A program made the translations under genes and the position numbers. This document shows, in pieces, positions 11,604-23,915 of a stretch of 64,000 nucleotides of DNA; positions within the stretch are counted from its first letter, which is position 1, and every line of letters starts with the position of its first letter. Source of the stretch: Haliotis cracherodii (Eukaryota); assembly GCF_022045235.1 (NCBI RefSeq), contig NW_027266330.1, forward strand, positions 24,614,001-24,678,000, written 5' to 3'. The notes under the pieces were generated by a model, which made no database searches, had not been told where the DNA came from, and worked only from the letters and a program-made list of their open reading frames with translations.

Positions 11604-13748
11604 TTAATGTTCCCTCAGGCGTTTTCTAAGGGAATTTGACTTTTTCCCTTTTTTTGCACGTTTGGGTGTGCTGGCATTTCTTTTTTGTGTTTGCCTGCGA
11701 ATGTGCTGGACAACAGCTCTTCCTCGCAGTTTCAGGAACAAGTCCGCAATACTTTCCAAAATGGAGAGCTTTTCTTCTTCACTACTTGTGACGAGCTTGT
11801 CCCAGTAAAACAGGACTGTTGTATCTTTAAGAATGCTGTCCTTAAGGCGGTCAACACACAGGGAATTTGCATTTAAGTTTGATGTGTCGACTTGATGCCG
11901 ACAAATTATCTCCATTTTTCTCACAAGAAAGAAAAAATTGTCCCCACTAACTTTAAGTCCTCCTCTGTTGACAGTCTCAGTCCAAACGCGAAATTTTGTC
12001 ATAAATGCAGATGAAGTATCCTGTGATGTTATGCATAAATGCCTCAGGGTTTTGGCTACTTTTGACTCTATTCCTGAGTGCTTTGTAATGGCCCTAATTA
12101 AAAATCCACAGATATAAAATAGAGTCTCATTTTCCGCCGAGGTCAGATCTTTAGCTTCGTGTTCTGCATCACTCTGTATACTTGATATAAACTTCGTACA
12201 CACAGCATCTACCAGTTCATCCAACAAGCACTGACTTAACATGTGGACATTCCAGTCACTCTCTTGTGTGTGTAATTTTATTACATCATGCAATTGATCA
12301 CAGAACTTGGTGTCAGTTCTTACTCTGTGGAACTGTGCCCACATCTGCTCTCTGCTCGCCACAAAGGAGCTGCTTTTTCCCAATCCAGAAAACAATGTTA
12401 CAAATGTAGGTGTCAGGTGGTCAGTTATTTGAGCTAGGCATGACTCTGAACCAGAAAGTAAACTAGCAATGTCACACATTTTCCCCTCACATGCCAGATC
12501 CGACTTGTGAATTTCATTATGAGCTATTGCGTTTAAAGAATTGCGGACAGACTCCAGCATACATCCTTGCAATTGCTCAGTGCTGAAGAAAACTTGATTT
12601 GAGGAACTTGTCAGCGTAGGAGGTGTGGTCGGTATGGTCTGCTGTGTCTCACTGGTAAGCTTGTAGTCAGGAGCTGGAATTAGTAATAATATCCCTTATG
12701 ATATGCAATCAAAAGAACCTTTCACCAAGTATATTAGTTTAAGGTTGAATGTATGGTGTTAACATGTAAATGTAAACATGTATCAAGGCATTTATCCAGT
12801 ATGTTTACGAAGTGCCTGTGGCAGTCAAATTGTGGAAGATAACCGTTATTCTGTTCAAAATAAGGATTTCCATATTTTTTTAATTCATAGTTATTTTACA
12901 ATTGTATTTTGAGATTGAATTGAATCCAATGATATAAAACTAAGCATTAACACATCACGATGAATAAATAAAAAGTAATTGAAAAAGCATACTAACTCAG
13001 GCTTCTTAAATGATTAGATTTTTATCTGATACAAGTATTCTGTTCATATGTAATGATTGCAACATTGAAAGTGTATACACATGATACAAGAGTCCCAAAA
13101 TGTTAGTTCAATTATTATTCTACGGCAGTCAAATTAATGTATCCATGGTCAATGTGTTAAGATTAGATTAAATGTATACAAATTAAGATAGATACACACA
13201 TGATAAAATACAAATAGGGTTACTTATTTCTGAAATTATATTAGTCTGGAGGACAAAATTGCAATATGTAAATTGAAGAATCTATGTATTCCACACATTA
13301 TAACATCTTGGAGTATCTGCTTTCCTCTTATAATTATATGCCTATATTTTACCATTATTCATATATATACCCATGGTGGTAATTAGCCAAATTGTGCCCT
13401 GGGGCTTTTATGTAAGAATATATATGTAAATAAAATATGAATATATGTTTGAACAGAAAACTTTACTGTTTTGTGATTTTCATTACCTCGTAAATCGGAT
13501 CTTCCGTGTGCTTTGATCACATGGCCACGGAATCCAGAAATTGAACCGTAGTCTTTGCTGCACAAAGGACATCTGTACAAAGCTGCAAAAGTCTTGCCAG
13601 GTCTCCTGTTTTCGCCAGTCTTTTGCACCTTTGAATGGCAGTCATCGGACGTTGAATCCGAGTTTCTATCCACTTCATACTCTGTGTACTCGCCTAGAAG
13701 TACGGACAAATCCATATCGGAGTCATCCCAGTTGACGAAATCGGACAT
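11604..13748 (-). CDS. P-element second gene, about 443 aa: C2H2 zinc finger plus P-transposase C-terminal-domain-like region
   Basis: Exon 1 13748-13487 (acaacATG; YRCPLCSKDYGSISGFRGHVIKAH; phase-1 donor G|GTAATG). Exon 2 12673-11604 (ttccag acceptor, in frame with the 322-aa ORF). Contains ETLFYICGFLIR, WTETVNRGGLKVSGDNF, ILESIADLFLKLRGR and a basic NLS-like tail. Confidence 0.85.
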
Positions 13749-14071
13749 GTTGTAGTTGTTACGAGAGAATCTGAACGCTTGAATATGTATCCGTATTAGG
13801 TTAGGAATGACGATAATGTTGCAAGGCATTGTATATATATGGTCTGATATCTCGATCATCTTAATTACCGTTTCCGTGTTTAATTGATAAAAATCTGATG
13901 CACATGGGACATATGTGTTTTGACAGCTATCGATCGCCACACATGCTTGTAAGCCGGATGTTTTGGTAACCAGGGGAAGTCAAGTTAAGCCCTACTACGC
14001 ATGCGCCATAAGCTGTCCACATGTGGTTGGCATCGCGTCTGCGGGATACCGATAACATGGGGCTCGGATTT

Positions 14072-14145
14072 CAATTCGCGGATGCGCGGCAGAGATAGTT
14101 TCAGGAATTCTGTATCGTTTCCTATCCAGGTTATACAAGTCCGTG
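14072..14145 (-). repeat. Right terminal inverted repeat of the P element
   Basis: Inverted match to 6827-6900; ends in ccgtg. Confidence 0.9.
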
Positions 14146-14469
14146 TTGGTATTAAAAAAAAACCGCGCTGCATTAAATATTGCACAACATCGCGACATAC
14201 ACTCTGTTAACTTTCTGTTGTGTATATTCTCAGTTATAGCCCTTCGCATGCAGCAGTATATTATCCGCCCCGCCACGAGCAAATATACTACCTGGCCCAG
14301 ATTGTTTCGCTGAAAATCTAGGTCGGTTCATCAGTGTTATTGTTATTGTTGATCTACTTACCCCCCGCGTGTGCTTGTCGTTGCGTTCGAGCGAATTGCT
14401 CAGCGATCGCGAACACTAAAGGACCGCTATTGATTCCGAAGTCGCGGTTGCTCTCTAGATGACCCCGTG

Positions 14470-15520
14470 TGACCGCCTGTTGTCAGACAGTGGAAAAGTG
14501 TAGCAAGACAATGGTGTCGCCTGAAGAATATGTCTAGTAGGTTAAACAAACACGTGTTGAAGGGGGCTGATAGATACGCTGTCAATGGTTGTAAAAAATG
14601 GAATGATAGGATAAGAAAGAAGTTTAGTAATATGGATTTAGGACATCTGTTTAACGCAACAGGTTTTACGGATAAATTTTCTGTTTTTACACAGGTGGCA
14701 CAATGGTGTATGAATGAATATGTTACCCGTTGGAATGATATGTTAAGAAAGGAAGAGGGGCGAAATGGGCTTAATAAATTGAGAATGTACCGATGTTGCA
14801 AGCAAGTATATGGGACAGAATACTATGTTTCAAATCAGATGACCAGAAACTATAGATCGGCTCTAGCCAAGTTTTGATGTGGCGTGGCTCCTATTCGAGT
14901 GGAAGCCGGTCGGTACGAAGGTGTACCTGTCCACAATAGAAAATGTTTTCACTGTGATAACAGCGTAGAAGACGAGGTCCATGTTTTGTTTCACTGCGTA
15001 TTATATGACGATATCAGGTCAAGTGACTCTTTTTAATGAATGTATTGCTAAATCTTATAATGTTTAAGATATACCTGATATCGACAAATTTTGTTTAATT
15101 TTCAATGACTCCAGTGTGTGTTTTATACTTGCCAAAGTCTAAGTAAGACGAGTTCTATAACAACTTCTTTATTACAATTAGTGCGACGTTTCGGTTTAGA
15201 TCCTAACACCTTTTATCAAGCAAGTTCATCCATAGAACTCGTCTTACTTCATCACACCAACTTCTAAATGCCACTGAAAGAAGTTGCCAAAGTCTGCTTT
15301 TTAATTCTTTATCGTAGAAAACATCTTTTATATGGAAAACATTTTACTATATCATCTTAATATCAGTTATGTGTAAATTTTATGATAATTTGTCTCTCAT
15401 AATTCTATTGAATGGTTCAGTACATTCTATCTATGTCAAGTTGTACAAAGCTGTTTTATGTATGTACAGAAGTGAGACGTTAATAAACTATTGTCTATCT
15501 GTCTGTCTATCTGTCTGTCA
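14470..15520 (+). mobile_element. LINE 3' fragment (ORF2 C-terminus, 3' UTR, (CTGT/CTAT)n tail)
   Basis: NKLRMY...RSALAKF*CGVAPIRVEAGRY...CFHC..VEDEVHVLFHC..YDDIR, then aataaa and a microsatellite tail. Confidence 0.8.
15141..15283. mobile_element. Penelope-like terminal fragment with inverted segment
   Basis: 12-bp duplication ttgccaaagtct (15129-15140 and 15284-15295); internal inverted repeat aagtaagacgagttctat; minus-strand ccgaaacgtcgc...aataaagaagtt; similar to 48625-48690. Confidence 0.6.
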
Positions 15521-15577
15521 AACGCATACATGGTCATCAGTGTATACTTTAGTGACTGGGAGGTATCCTTCCGGTGT

Positions 15578-15584
15578 ATATATG

Positions 15585-15645
<61 letters not shown>

Positions 15646-15671
15646 GCGTGTGGGTGCAATTGTGTGTGTGT
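15578..15671. repeat. (TA)n(TG)n microsatellite
   Basis: Seen directly in the sequence. Confidence 0.95.
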
Positions 15672-16096
15672 ATTAGTACATTTTATTATTTCACTCTCAT
15701 GTGCATCACATCATAGCAGCCTAGCGGTTAGCACGTGATCAGTGACAGTTATATATACCTCAACGGTATCCAGTGTTGTATACTATTTCGATTTGATTAC
15801 AAGTGACGAATAGTGAGGACATACAAATGAACTCTGTGTCGAACTTCCTTAACATGCCATTTCGGTTTTTCGGGCGTGTTGAACAAATAACTCGCACTTT
15901 TCTCGAGTTCCTTGAGTTCAACACATATGTTTTCAACTGTTTCTGAATTATTTTCATTTCTCGGCACTCGGCTCCAAATTGAAATAAAATGTATCTAATT
16001 TACACTTTGACTACACGTAAGTTCAGAACACAGTAGGTTTATCTATTTATTAACGTGGGGGCTTTGGGTGTTCTAGGTTTGTTGAGAAATTATGAA

Positions 16097-16265
16097 TGAG
16101 TGAGTGAGTTTGATTTTACGCCGCTTTTATATTCCAATATTCCAGCAATATCACGGCTGGGGACACCAGAAAAGGGCTTCACACATTGAACCCATGTCGG
16201 GAATCGAACCCGGGTCTTCGGCGTGACGAGCGAACGCTTTAACCGCTAGGCTACTCGACCGCCCC
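16097..16265 (-). mobile_element. tRNA-derived SINE family A
   Basis: Reverse complement of ggggcggtcg...gggttcgattccc...(cact)n. Other copies: 29037-29206(-), 31923-32084(+), 33612-33776(-), 36438-36600(+), 52990-53156(-); degenerate at about 61060-61160 and 62430-62555. Confidence 0.9.
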
Positions 16266-17034
16266 AATTTAAGACGAAGACGCAGCCATTAAAAGTATCC
16301 AGACGCATGTAAAACGTCATGTCTTAAGCACAAATACTTTCTTGTACCGCCTCCGCGTTGCTGCACTGCTTGGCTCTTGGCATAAGGGGATATATACATG
16401 GACTGATCGGCTCGGAGTAAATACAATGTCAAATACTGGATTGTGTTTGATTCTGTTTCACCATATCAGGACCGAATATTTGAGTATGATCTTTTACAAA
16501 AAAATAAATCATACTGTTATTGTATCAAAGACGCTAATTTTGTTTTACAAGAATGGGTGTAACATTTTTTCATACCCCGAGTGATATTACTGATACTGAC
16601 GTAAACATTTTAATATCAGCTCCAAATATATCAGCTTTTATTTATCATTTTGTTTCACTTTCTAATTGGCGGTTTTGTAAATTTTCATTATATAAACAAA
16701 ACACATATTAAAATGATGAAATTGATCCAACATTTGATCTCAATCTTTTGAACACGTTTTGTGTTGTTGTTTGTTTGTTGTTTAACGCCACACGCAGCAA
16801 TATTCCTATATGACGGCGGTCTGTAAATAATCGAGTCTGAACCAGACAATCCATATGTTTAAAAAAATGTCTTTGTTTCAATAATTATGGTTTTAATAGA
16901 AAAAACAGAATTGTGTCATAACTCCATGGCCGCCTATATTCTAACTAAAGACGAGCGTGTATCGCGCCACTGATCCGGGGATAGATGCCGTTTGCTATGC
17001 CATGTGGGACATTGAGACATTTGTTAATTAATTA

Positions 17035-17312
17035 GAGTGAGTGAGTTGGGTTTAACGCCGCTTTTAACAGTATTCCAGTTATATCGCGGCGTGTCAGCTT
17101 AATGTGGGAGGAAAGCCCGAAGTGATGCAGGTCTCAGACGTTTACCACTTTGGTGAAACCCACGAGCACGGGTATGGTGATGACAAACCTAGAAACATAA
17201 TCGGGTCGAACCGAGATTCGAACCCACAATCATAGGTTTCTGGCGTTCCCAAGGGACGCAACTCTGCACAGCGAATCGCGGCGCCTTTGACGACTGGGCC
17301 ACCCTTGCCCCC
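17035..17312 (-). mobile_element. tRNA-derived SINE family C (V-domain-like centre)
   Basis: A box tggcccagtcg, B box ggttcgaatc, gggctttcctcccac, tail gcggcgttaaac(cact)n; flanked by taattaattaga on both sides. Other copies: 31475-31648(+), 38325-38555(-), 55500-55605(-), 58846-59108(-). Confidence 0.85.
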
Positions 17313-18144
17313 TAATTAATTAGAATATGTAGAATATGAGCAATCTATTGTGGATTGTTGGATAATTATTAATTATTAAACGCACCTATCACATTGGTGG
17401 AAGTTTGGTGGCAATTTTACACATGAAACAGAATAATGCAGTAAAAAATTGATAATGTCTATTGAATAAGCTCTAATTTAAATTTGAATCTGCATTATCA
17501 AAATTGAGACTGACACATAGAAACAGACCAACATGGAAGTAATAGATTAGAAAAATATGATAGATCCTGTTTATTTGTTTGTTTGTTTGTTTAACGCTGC
17601 ACTCATAGTCCAGCAATATGACGGCGGTCTCTAAATAATCAAATCTGGACCAGACATTCCAAAACTTAATATCATGGGCATCGATCCACGTGTTTTGCTT
17701 GTGCAAGGTTCCATGTTTTTACCACACTTTATAAACCTATTCATTGGGATCTCTATTAAGTAACAGACTTCTTTCTATAGGCATTAAGACCTATTGTGGG
17801 GTTTTACTTTCCAGTCGGGTTAAATCTCATAAACGTTGTAATGTCCCTGAGATTTTATTAATATAACTTCCGTTCAGATTGTAACATGTAATGAAATGTA
17901 AAATTAAATGAAAAAATGTTTTCTTTAAAGGATCGGACTCGCAACCTTCATATCTGTAGCCCAGTGAGTGTACCACGAGGCTACAGAGGCGTTGATAAGC
18001 CTCACTGGTTTTAGAATGCTCTTTTCAAGCTCCGTACGCCAGCAACAGATATTTTACGAGCGTTTCCTAAGGTTCATGGAAAGTATGTTTGAAACATAAA
18101 AATGTTGATAAATGTTGTTTTAAGTTTCTTTTTTCGGTTTATAA

Positions 18145-18300
18145 GCATGGAAAAACACTTTCTCTCGGTTTTTGTAGACAGAGCATGCCCTTGGGGTCGG
18201 GAAAAACCGCGGGGGCTTCGCTTCGCCCCCTTGGTATTTCCCTCTCCCCAGGGCATGCTCTGTCTACCAAAACCTCGTGAGCGTGTTTTCTCCAATACAT
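18145..18300. repeat. Long palindrome (foldback/MITE-like)
   Basis: Arms gtagacagagcatgccct / agggcatgctctgtctac around a gcttcgcttcgc centre. Confidence 0.8.
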
Positions 18301-18480
18301 AACCATGTCCGCACACTCTAACGACCTTTTGGCACTTTGGACTTGACAGGCAGAAGGTAAAATGCTACTCAAACTTGCGTTAAAGCTAATGCAGTCGTTT
18401 GATCAACTATACACAAGTACACAAATATTTCATCAGACACAGCTGATCTTTTTTGTAGATATTGTATTGTCTTACTTATA

Positions 18481-20044
18481 CTCAACCGCAAGTTATTCAC
18501 TCTGAGGAAGTCCACAAAGACCCGTGCTGTATGGGGACGAGCGTTGTCCTGCTGAAAGACCTGGAGTTGAGGTTGATCCGGGAAAAGATGTCTGACCAAT
18601 CTCATTAAAATCAGATCTTAGTTCTCGCTACCGCTAAACAAAGATATGAAGACATCCCATTTAGGGTCACGTCAGAACGACCATTCATCCGACCAATCAG
18701 AGCGTTGCTTACCACATCATGAAAGCGACAGTCGGAATGTGATTTCAAATCATGCAACCTCGAAAACTTTAACATGGGGTGTTCCGAACGATAGTTACGG
18801 GGTTAACGACGGAATCCTTACAATCTAGACGATCTATTAGCCATTCCAGAATGTGTTTTTTGTTCAGGTTTCAAATTTGTAATCGAGAATTTGTCAAAAT
18901 ATGTTTCGAAGCGTAGTCGCCAATTTGAAATTAGTGCCGTAAAGCACGAGAAAGCTGCCTTCTGATTGGTCATTCCATTGGTCGGTCAAAGTTCGCGCAA
19001 GGTCGGTCTGACGTGACCCGTAATGGGATGTCCTCAGATCTTTTTTTAGCGGTAGCGAGAACTAAGATCTGATTTTAATGAGATTGAGGTCTGACGTGAT
19101 TACCAACAACATCATCCTTGTACACGACAAAAGTCACATGCTGACGGAGCACGTGGAGCGGGTCCTGTGATGATAACTGAAGCCTACCACTCCATGATGC
19201 TTCCTCCTCCTCCCCACCGGTCGTCCTGTAATACTCATTACGTTGTCTTCACATTCTGATGCGGCCATCGGTGTGAAAAAGGTTGGACCTTGATTCACCT
19301 GAGGAGACAACTTGTTGCCACTGTTGACGTCGCCAACGCAGGTGCTGTTGGGCACACTGCCGACGTCGTTGGTGGTGACGTTGAGTCCGTCTGGGTCCGA
19401 CGTAAGGGCGACAACATTTGATTCCCGCCGTTCTTAGACGAACTGTGTCGGCTGACACGGGATGACGTGGACCTTGAATGGTTGCAGCTGTCTGTGTTGC
19501 TCGTCGCTGTCAGTCACGCAGATGTGTCACCCGGATGTAACGGTCCTGCGCTGGAGTAGTGACCCTCCCGTCCAGAACGAGGCCGGTCTTGGACATTGCC
19601 TGTCTGTTAATGCCTACGACCAATCTGGTGAAGGTAGACACATGACATCCAAAGTGCCTAGCCATTGCAGTTGACGTTGATCCGGCTTGTAGCATCCAAT
19701 GGCAACGTCTCTCTGGAGTTCAGTTAGTCTAACCATGTTTCCTGTACTCTTTCAAAGTCGAATATGAAATGCTTGGTGTTTTTTATATGGTTGTTTATGA
19801 AGGATGAACAAGGGGGAAAATGCACGCATTTTTGTATGTGATTTGCTCTGCTCGTTCAACAAGCGTCAAACGAGACGAAACGACGGCGTTCCTGCAGCGT
19901 GCTCAAAATGAATGATATAATTCGTGAACAGTGTTTCTTCAATGCGTCTTTTCTCGTTTGTTTACATTTCTTTCCACAAAATACTATTTTGTGCTCTTCA
20001 CAAAAAACCCCAACAATTTGGCTTGCGTTTCTTTTGCGGTTGAG
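18481..20044 (-). mobile_element. Tc1/mariner relic interrupted by a MITE
   Basis: TA|ctcaaccgcaa ends at both sides; minus-strand MVRLT...MLQAG...ARHFGCH, QDRYIRVTHLRDR, FQQDNARPHTAR. Confidence 0.85.
18597..19086. mobile_element. MITE with long TIRs and 9-bp TSD (Mutator-like)
   Basis: TIR caatctcattaaaatcagatcttagttctcgctaccgctaaa; TSD atgtctgac/aggtctgac. Confidence 0.88.
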
Positions 20045-21221
20045 TAACAAAATACTAAACACCAATATTGGTTCAGGCAATGTCTTATACCATGTATATA
20101 TAATTATATATATATATAATATTATATATAACACAGCACAGTAAAGTTCTAACTCTCAGGCACTATATAGTCATAATTAAATAAGTGGAGTAAAATTGAA
20201 CACAGTTTTAATTGGCTAGCTAGCGCTTTCAACTCGTACCACGTCCGAGTCTCATCAGGCCATAGCTGAATAACGGACATGTTACGATAAAAGACTTGGC
20301 TTGCTGGATGTATCCTTGAAGCTGGTATCATGGTACTAGAGTCCAGAAACTTGGGACATCGGGGTTTTGTACCACATATATGAACAAAACTATAAAACAC
20401 AGGGACAGCGAGGTACAGCCATGATGTCTGGTAACACTACCATGCCTATTTCCGAGAGATTATCATACGAGCGTGTGTCATACTGATTATTACAAAACGA
20501 ATGGCAGAAACTTTGTATTTCCTGAGCGAGAGCGAGGGTAAAACATGAATTCTTACACGAGTTTCGTAAAATCAGTATGACACACATGTCAGTGTAATAA
20601 TGTCTTTATCACCAATTATTTCTTAACCATTTCCATCTCCCATTAAGAAAAAATGCACTGATCACCACCACTTCCCTACAAAACCACAATTTGTCGAATT
20701 ACGTCAACAATCTTCAGCTAGCCGTCGTTTCTAGTGTGACGTCATTCCGACCTTACATCACGATTAGATTCGAATGGCGACAACCATGCCGATCGGATGA
20801 CTGTGAAAATACACTGGTTCGCGAGAAGTGATATTTGTACCAGTGCACATATGATTTTTATGAACCCTTTTGGTAATAAACATTGATACATTGTTTATCA
20901 TCACAAGCTGTTTCTCTCACACAAAACACCAATATCACACATATCTGTTATTCTAATGAGATAATTCCTCTCTGCCGAAGAATATATATATATGCTTATC
21001 TCGAATTCGACATAAATAGACAAAGCGCTATCTCCAATCTTGGACTCGGTCCTAACTTTGACTTTACTAGTGTATTGTGTACCTTTATCTCGAAGTTGGC
21101 ATTTGTCACATTAATAGCTTTGAGAAACCAAATAAGCATTTCACTTAGCTGTGAGCAATTCTCCTAGACACGAAGTGTGGAATCAGGAATGAAGATCACT
21201 TGCAACATCGTCTAAGTTAGT

Positions 21222-22845
21222 TTCATCCATAGAAGCCATGGGCATAAAGTTCAACGAATAATCTGTCCCTGACTTTTTTCGAAAAAGTAGAATTCAACTT
21301 TGTGTAATAACCAAGACCACGTGCAATTCACTCATCTGTTGCCAATTATTACACAATTATTGCATTGATTTTATCCATGGAAGTACATACAAAAAGTCAA
21401 TTATAATTAGTCATTGCATACACCTGTTGCATCCAAAATGTATGGTGTATCCCATCGTATTTCTATGGGCCTACAATACTCAGTCTGTTACTCAGGTGAA
21501 AAATACCTTCTATTTTCCATTTATACAAAATCATAGGAAAATATAAAATACATGAAAGGGACGTTGTGAACACACAAACCATTGTCTATATGAACACCTC
21601 TTCCGTTTAAATAACACACATGTTAACACGCACGCACACACAAATGTTTAACAAACTATAGTCAATGATATATGCAGGCTATCATTCAATGTACAAATTA
21701 AGTCAAGGTTAATCTATCTATTTTAGTCTTATTTAATCACAAATTTCTTACTGTTGTTTATAAATGTACCAAACAAGCCACCAATTTAAATGGATTTCCA
21801 CGTGGACAGGACGGATCGGTGGAAATGTTCAAAGCGTGAATATTTAATGAAATAAAGACATAGATACATGTAGCTGTAGTTTGGAATGTTCCTACAGAAA
21901 AAGACAGGTGGCAACTTGACTACTGGAAATAGTTTATCCAAGTACACAGAAAGAGGATACTCCCACTGTTGTTTGTTCAGTCATGAGAACTGTTGGATGA
22001 GAATAATTTGCTAAGAATTGTTATTTACTACTAACAGACACAAATGGATATAATACTTCTGTTATGTATGTTATATGTGTTTTCGATTGCGTTCAAGTTA
22101 ATGCAGTCAGTATGTATGACCAATAGACCAATTATAAGTGTGGTGCTCCAACAGAACAGAACCTTGTCTTGTATTATCATATAAGTGATGTTTGTCAGTG
22201 GTGACTTTTAAACCATATATGTGCATAATTTGTCTGGCACATTGTCATCAACCTACTTCAATTGACAATTCATCCACTGAATCCATGGACATGAAGTGAA
22301 ACCAACATCTGTCCCCGTTTTTTTAAAGAAAAAATATAATTCAACTTTGTGTAATTTCCAAGATTACGTGCAACTCACTGAGCTGTTGCTAATTATTTCA
22401 CAATTATTTTATTCATTTAATTTCTTACGTCAACCTTTTTGATTATACTAGTAATTAGTCATCGCATTTACCTGTCGCATTCAACATTTATAGTGCATCC
22501 CATCATATTTCTATGGGCCTACAATACTCAGTCTGTTACTCAGGTGACAAATACCTTCAATTTTCCATGTATACAAAATCATAGGAAGACATAATTACAT
22601 GACAGGGATTTGTGAACACACAATTCATTGTCTATAAAAACACATCTTCCATGATTTAAATAACACACTTGTTAACACTCATACAAAATGTTTTCAAATT
22701 TAACCCAGGTAAATGTACCTATTATAGTCTTATTTAATCACAAATCTATCACTTAATGTAACATTTTAATGGATCTCCTCGTGTACAAGTCGGATCGGTG
22801 ATGTTCAATGCGTGAATGTGTAATGAAATGAAAACGTAAATACAC
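21222..22845. repeat. Diverged direct duplication of about 600 bp (about 21222-21850 versus 22269-22845)
   Basis: Collinear shared blocks, e.g. atttctatgggcctacaatactcagtctgttactcaggtga and ggatcggtg...gttcaa.gcgtgaat. Confidence 0.85.
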
Positions 22846-23690
22846 TCTTCAAAAAAGGAAACGCACAGGTAGTATGCTGTAGTTCATTGAACCTGACTAC
22901 ACAGAAAATCCGATAAATTAGATCATTGTCGATTTGCAATGTCTTAAACGGCATTGTTTTCACAATTGTTCAAAAATGTCATGGAGGTAAAAAGTAAAGC
23001 AAAATGCACGTTATGGCGTTCGTAACTCGTGGTAGTGACTTTAAAAAGGCAAGCATAAGCTAATAATTTGAAAGTCTTTGAAAGGCATTCAGAAGTGATA
23101 CACTTAAGGAAGAGAATATATGGATGTTAACTTCTTTATTATGAGGAACACAACGTTTCGGAGTATATGCATTTACTTCCTCATAATAAAGAAGACGACG
23201 TCCATATATTCTCTTCCTAACATTTTTCAAGTGCGAATATGCGCTGGCGATGTTCCACGCTGCCGATCGGAACATCGCCATAGGACGTATCCAAAGAGGG
23301 GAATCGCGGTCTTCGGTTGCACGCCACTTCCACTTTCCACCACAGCACCATTTGCCTCCTTTGTGACCGATACACACAGTTCAATTCCACTGCAGACCGT
23401 CCGTGAACCGGCCGACCAAGTGTTACCACCCCTACAGCAGATCGCTACATTCGACTGTTCCACCTACGTCATCGCAATGCCACAGCTACGGAGGCTTCAG
23501 GACGCATCCCTGGTTTGAGGAGGATATCGGACCAAACTGTCAGGAACCATCTTCGCGAGGCTGGAATCCGACCCAGAAGACCAGTAATCGTCCCTGTTTT
23601 GCAACAGATCCATCGACAGCGACGAATGCGTTGGCGTCAACCCTACAGCCTTGGAATTTGAGAAACTGCAGACGAGTGTGATTTAGCGAT
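22843..23690 (+). mobile_element. Tc1/mariner 5' fragment
   Basis: TA|cactcttcaaaaaaggaaacgca end; QDRYIRLFHLRHR...ISDQTVRNHLREAGIRPRRP...RRV*FSD. Confidence 0.8.
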
Positions 23691-23734
23691 TTCTTCTACA
23701 CTGAAGACAACGTGTTTATCGTCGTCGAAATGAG

Positions 23735-23915
23735 CGTTTTGCCCTACTTGAGTGTCCCACTTGTTTTGCATCGGAACTCGGATATATGAAGTAATCACTG
23801 GTTTGGAATCAGTGTGGTTGAGCAAAAGCGGTGTTACAGATTTGTTCAGTGCTGCTTCAGCTTCAGCATCAGCCATTGCATTACCAACGATTCCAACTTG
23901 GCTGGGTAAAGAAGT
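23735..23915 (-). mobile_element. LINE RNase H fragment
   Basis: LPSQVGIVGNAMADAEAEAALNK matches the W.PSHVG..GN..AD..AK motif. Confidence 0.65.

Larger units (their letters stand above)
6827..14145 (+). mobile_element. Full-length P-superfamily DNA transposon (7319 bp) with two convergent genes
   Basis: Left end cacggacctatataacctggataggaaacg versus reverse-complemented right end cacggacttgtataacctggataggaaacg (28/30 identical, weaker similarity to about 75 bp). CANRG-type termini; ttggtat duplicated at 6820-6826 and 14146-14152; encodes a P-type transposase. Confidence 0.93.

Noticed and set aside
13383-13940. 185-aa ORF as a stand-alone gene
   Set aside because: Only 13748-13487 looks coding; a phase-compatible donor links it to the 12673-11604 exon.
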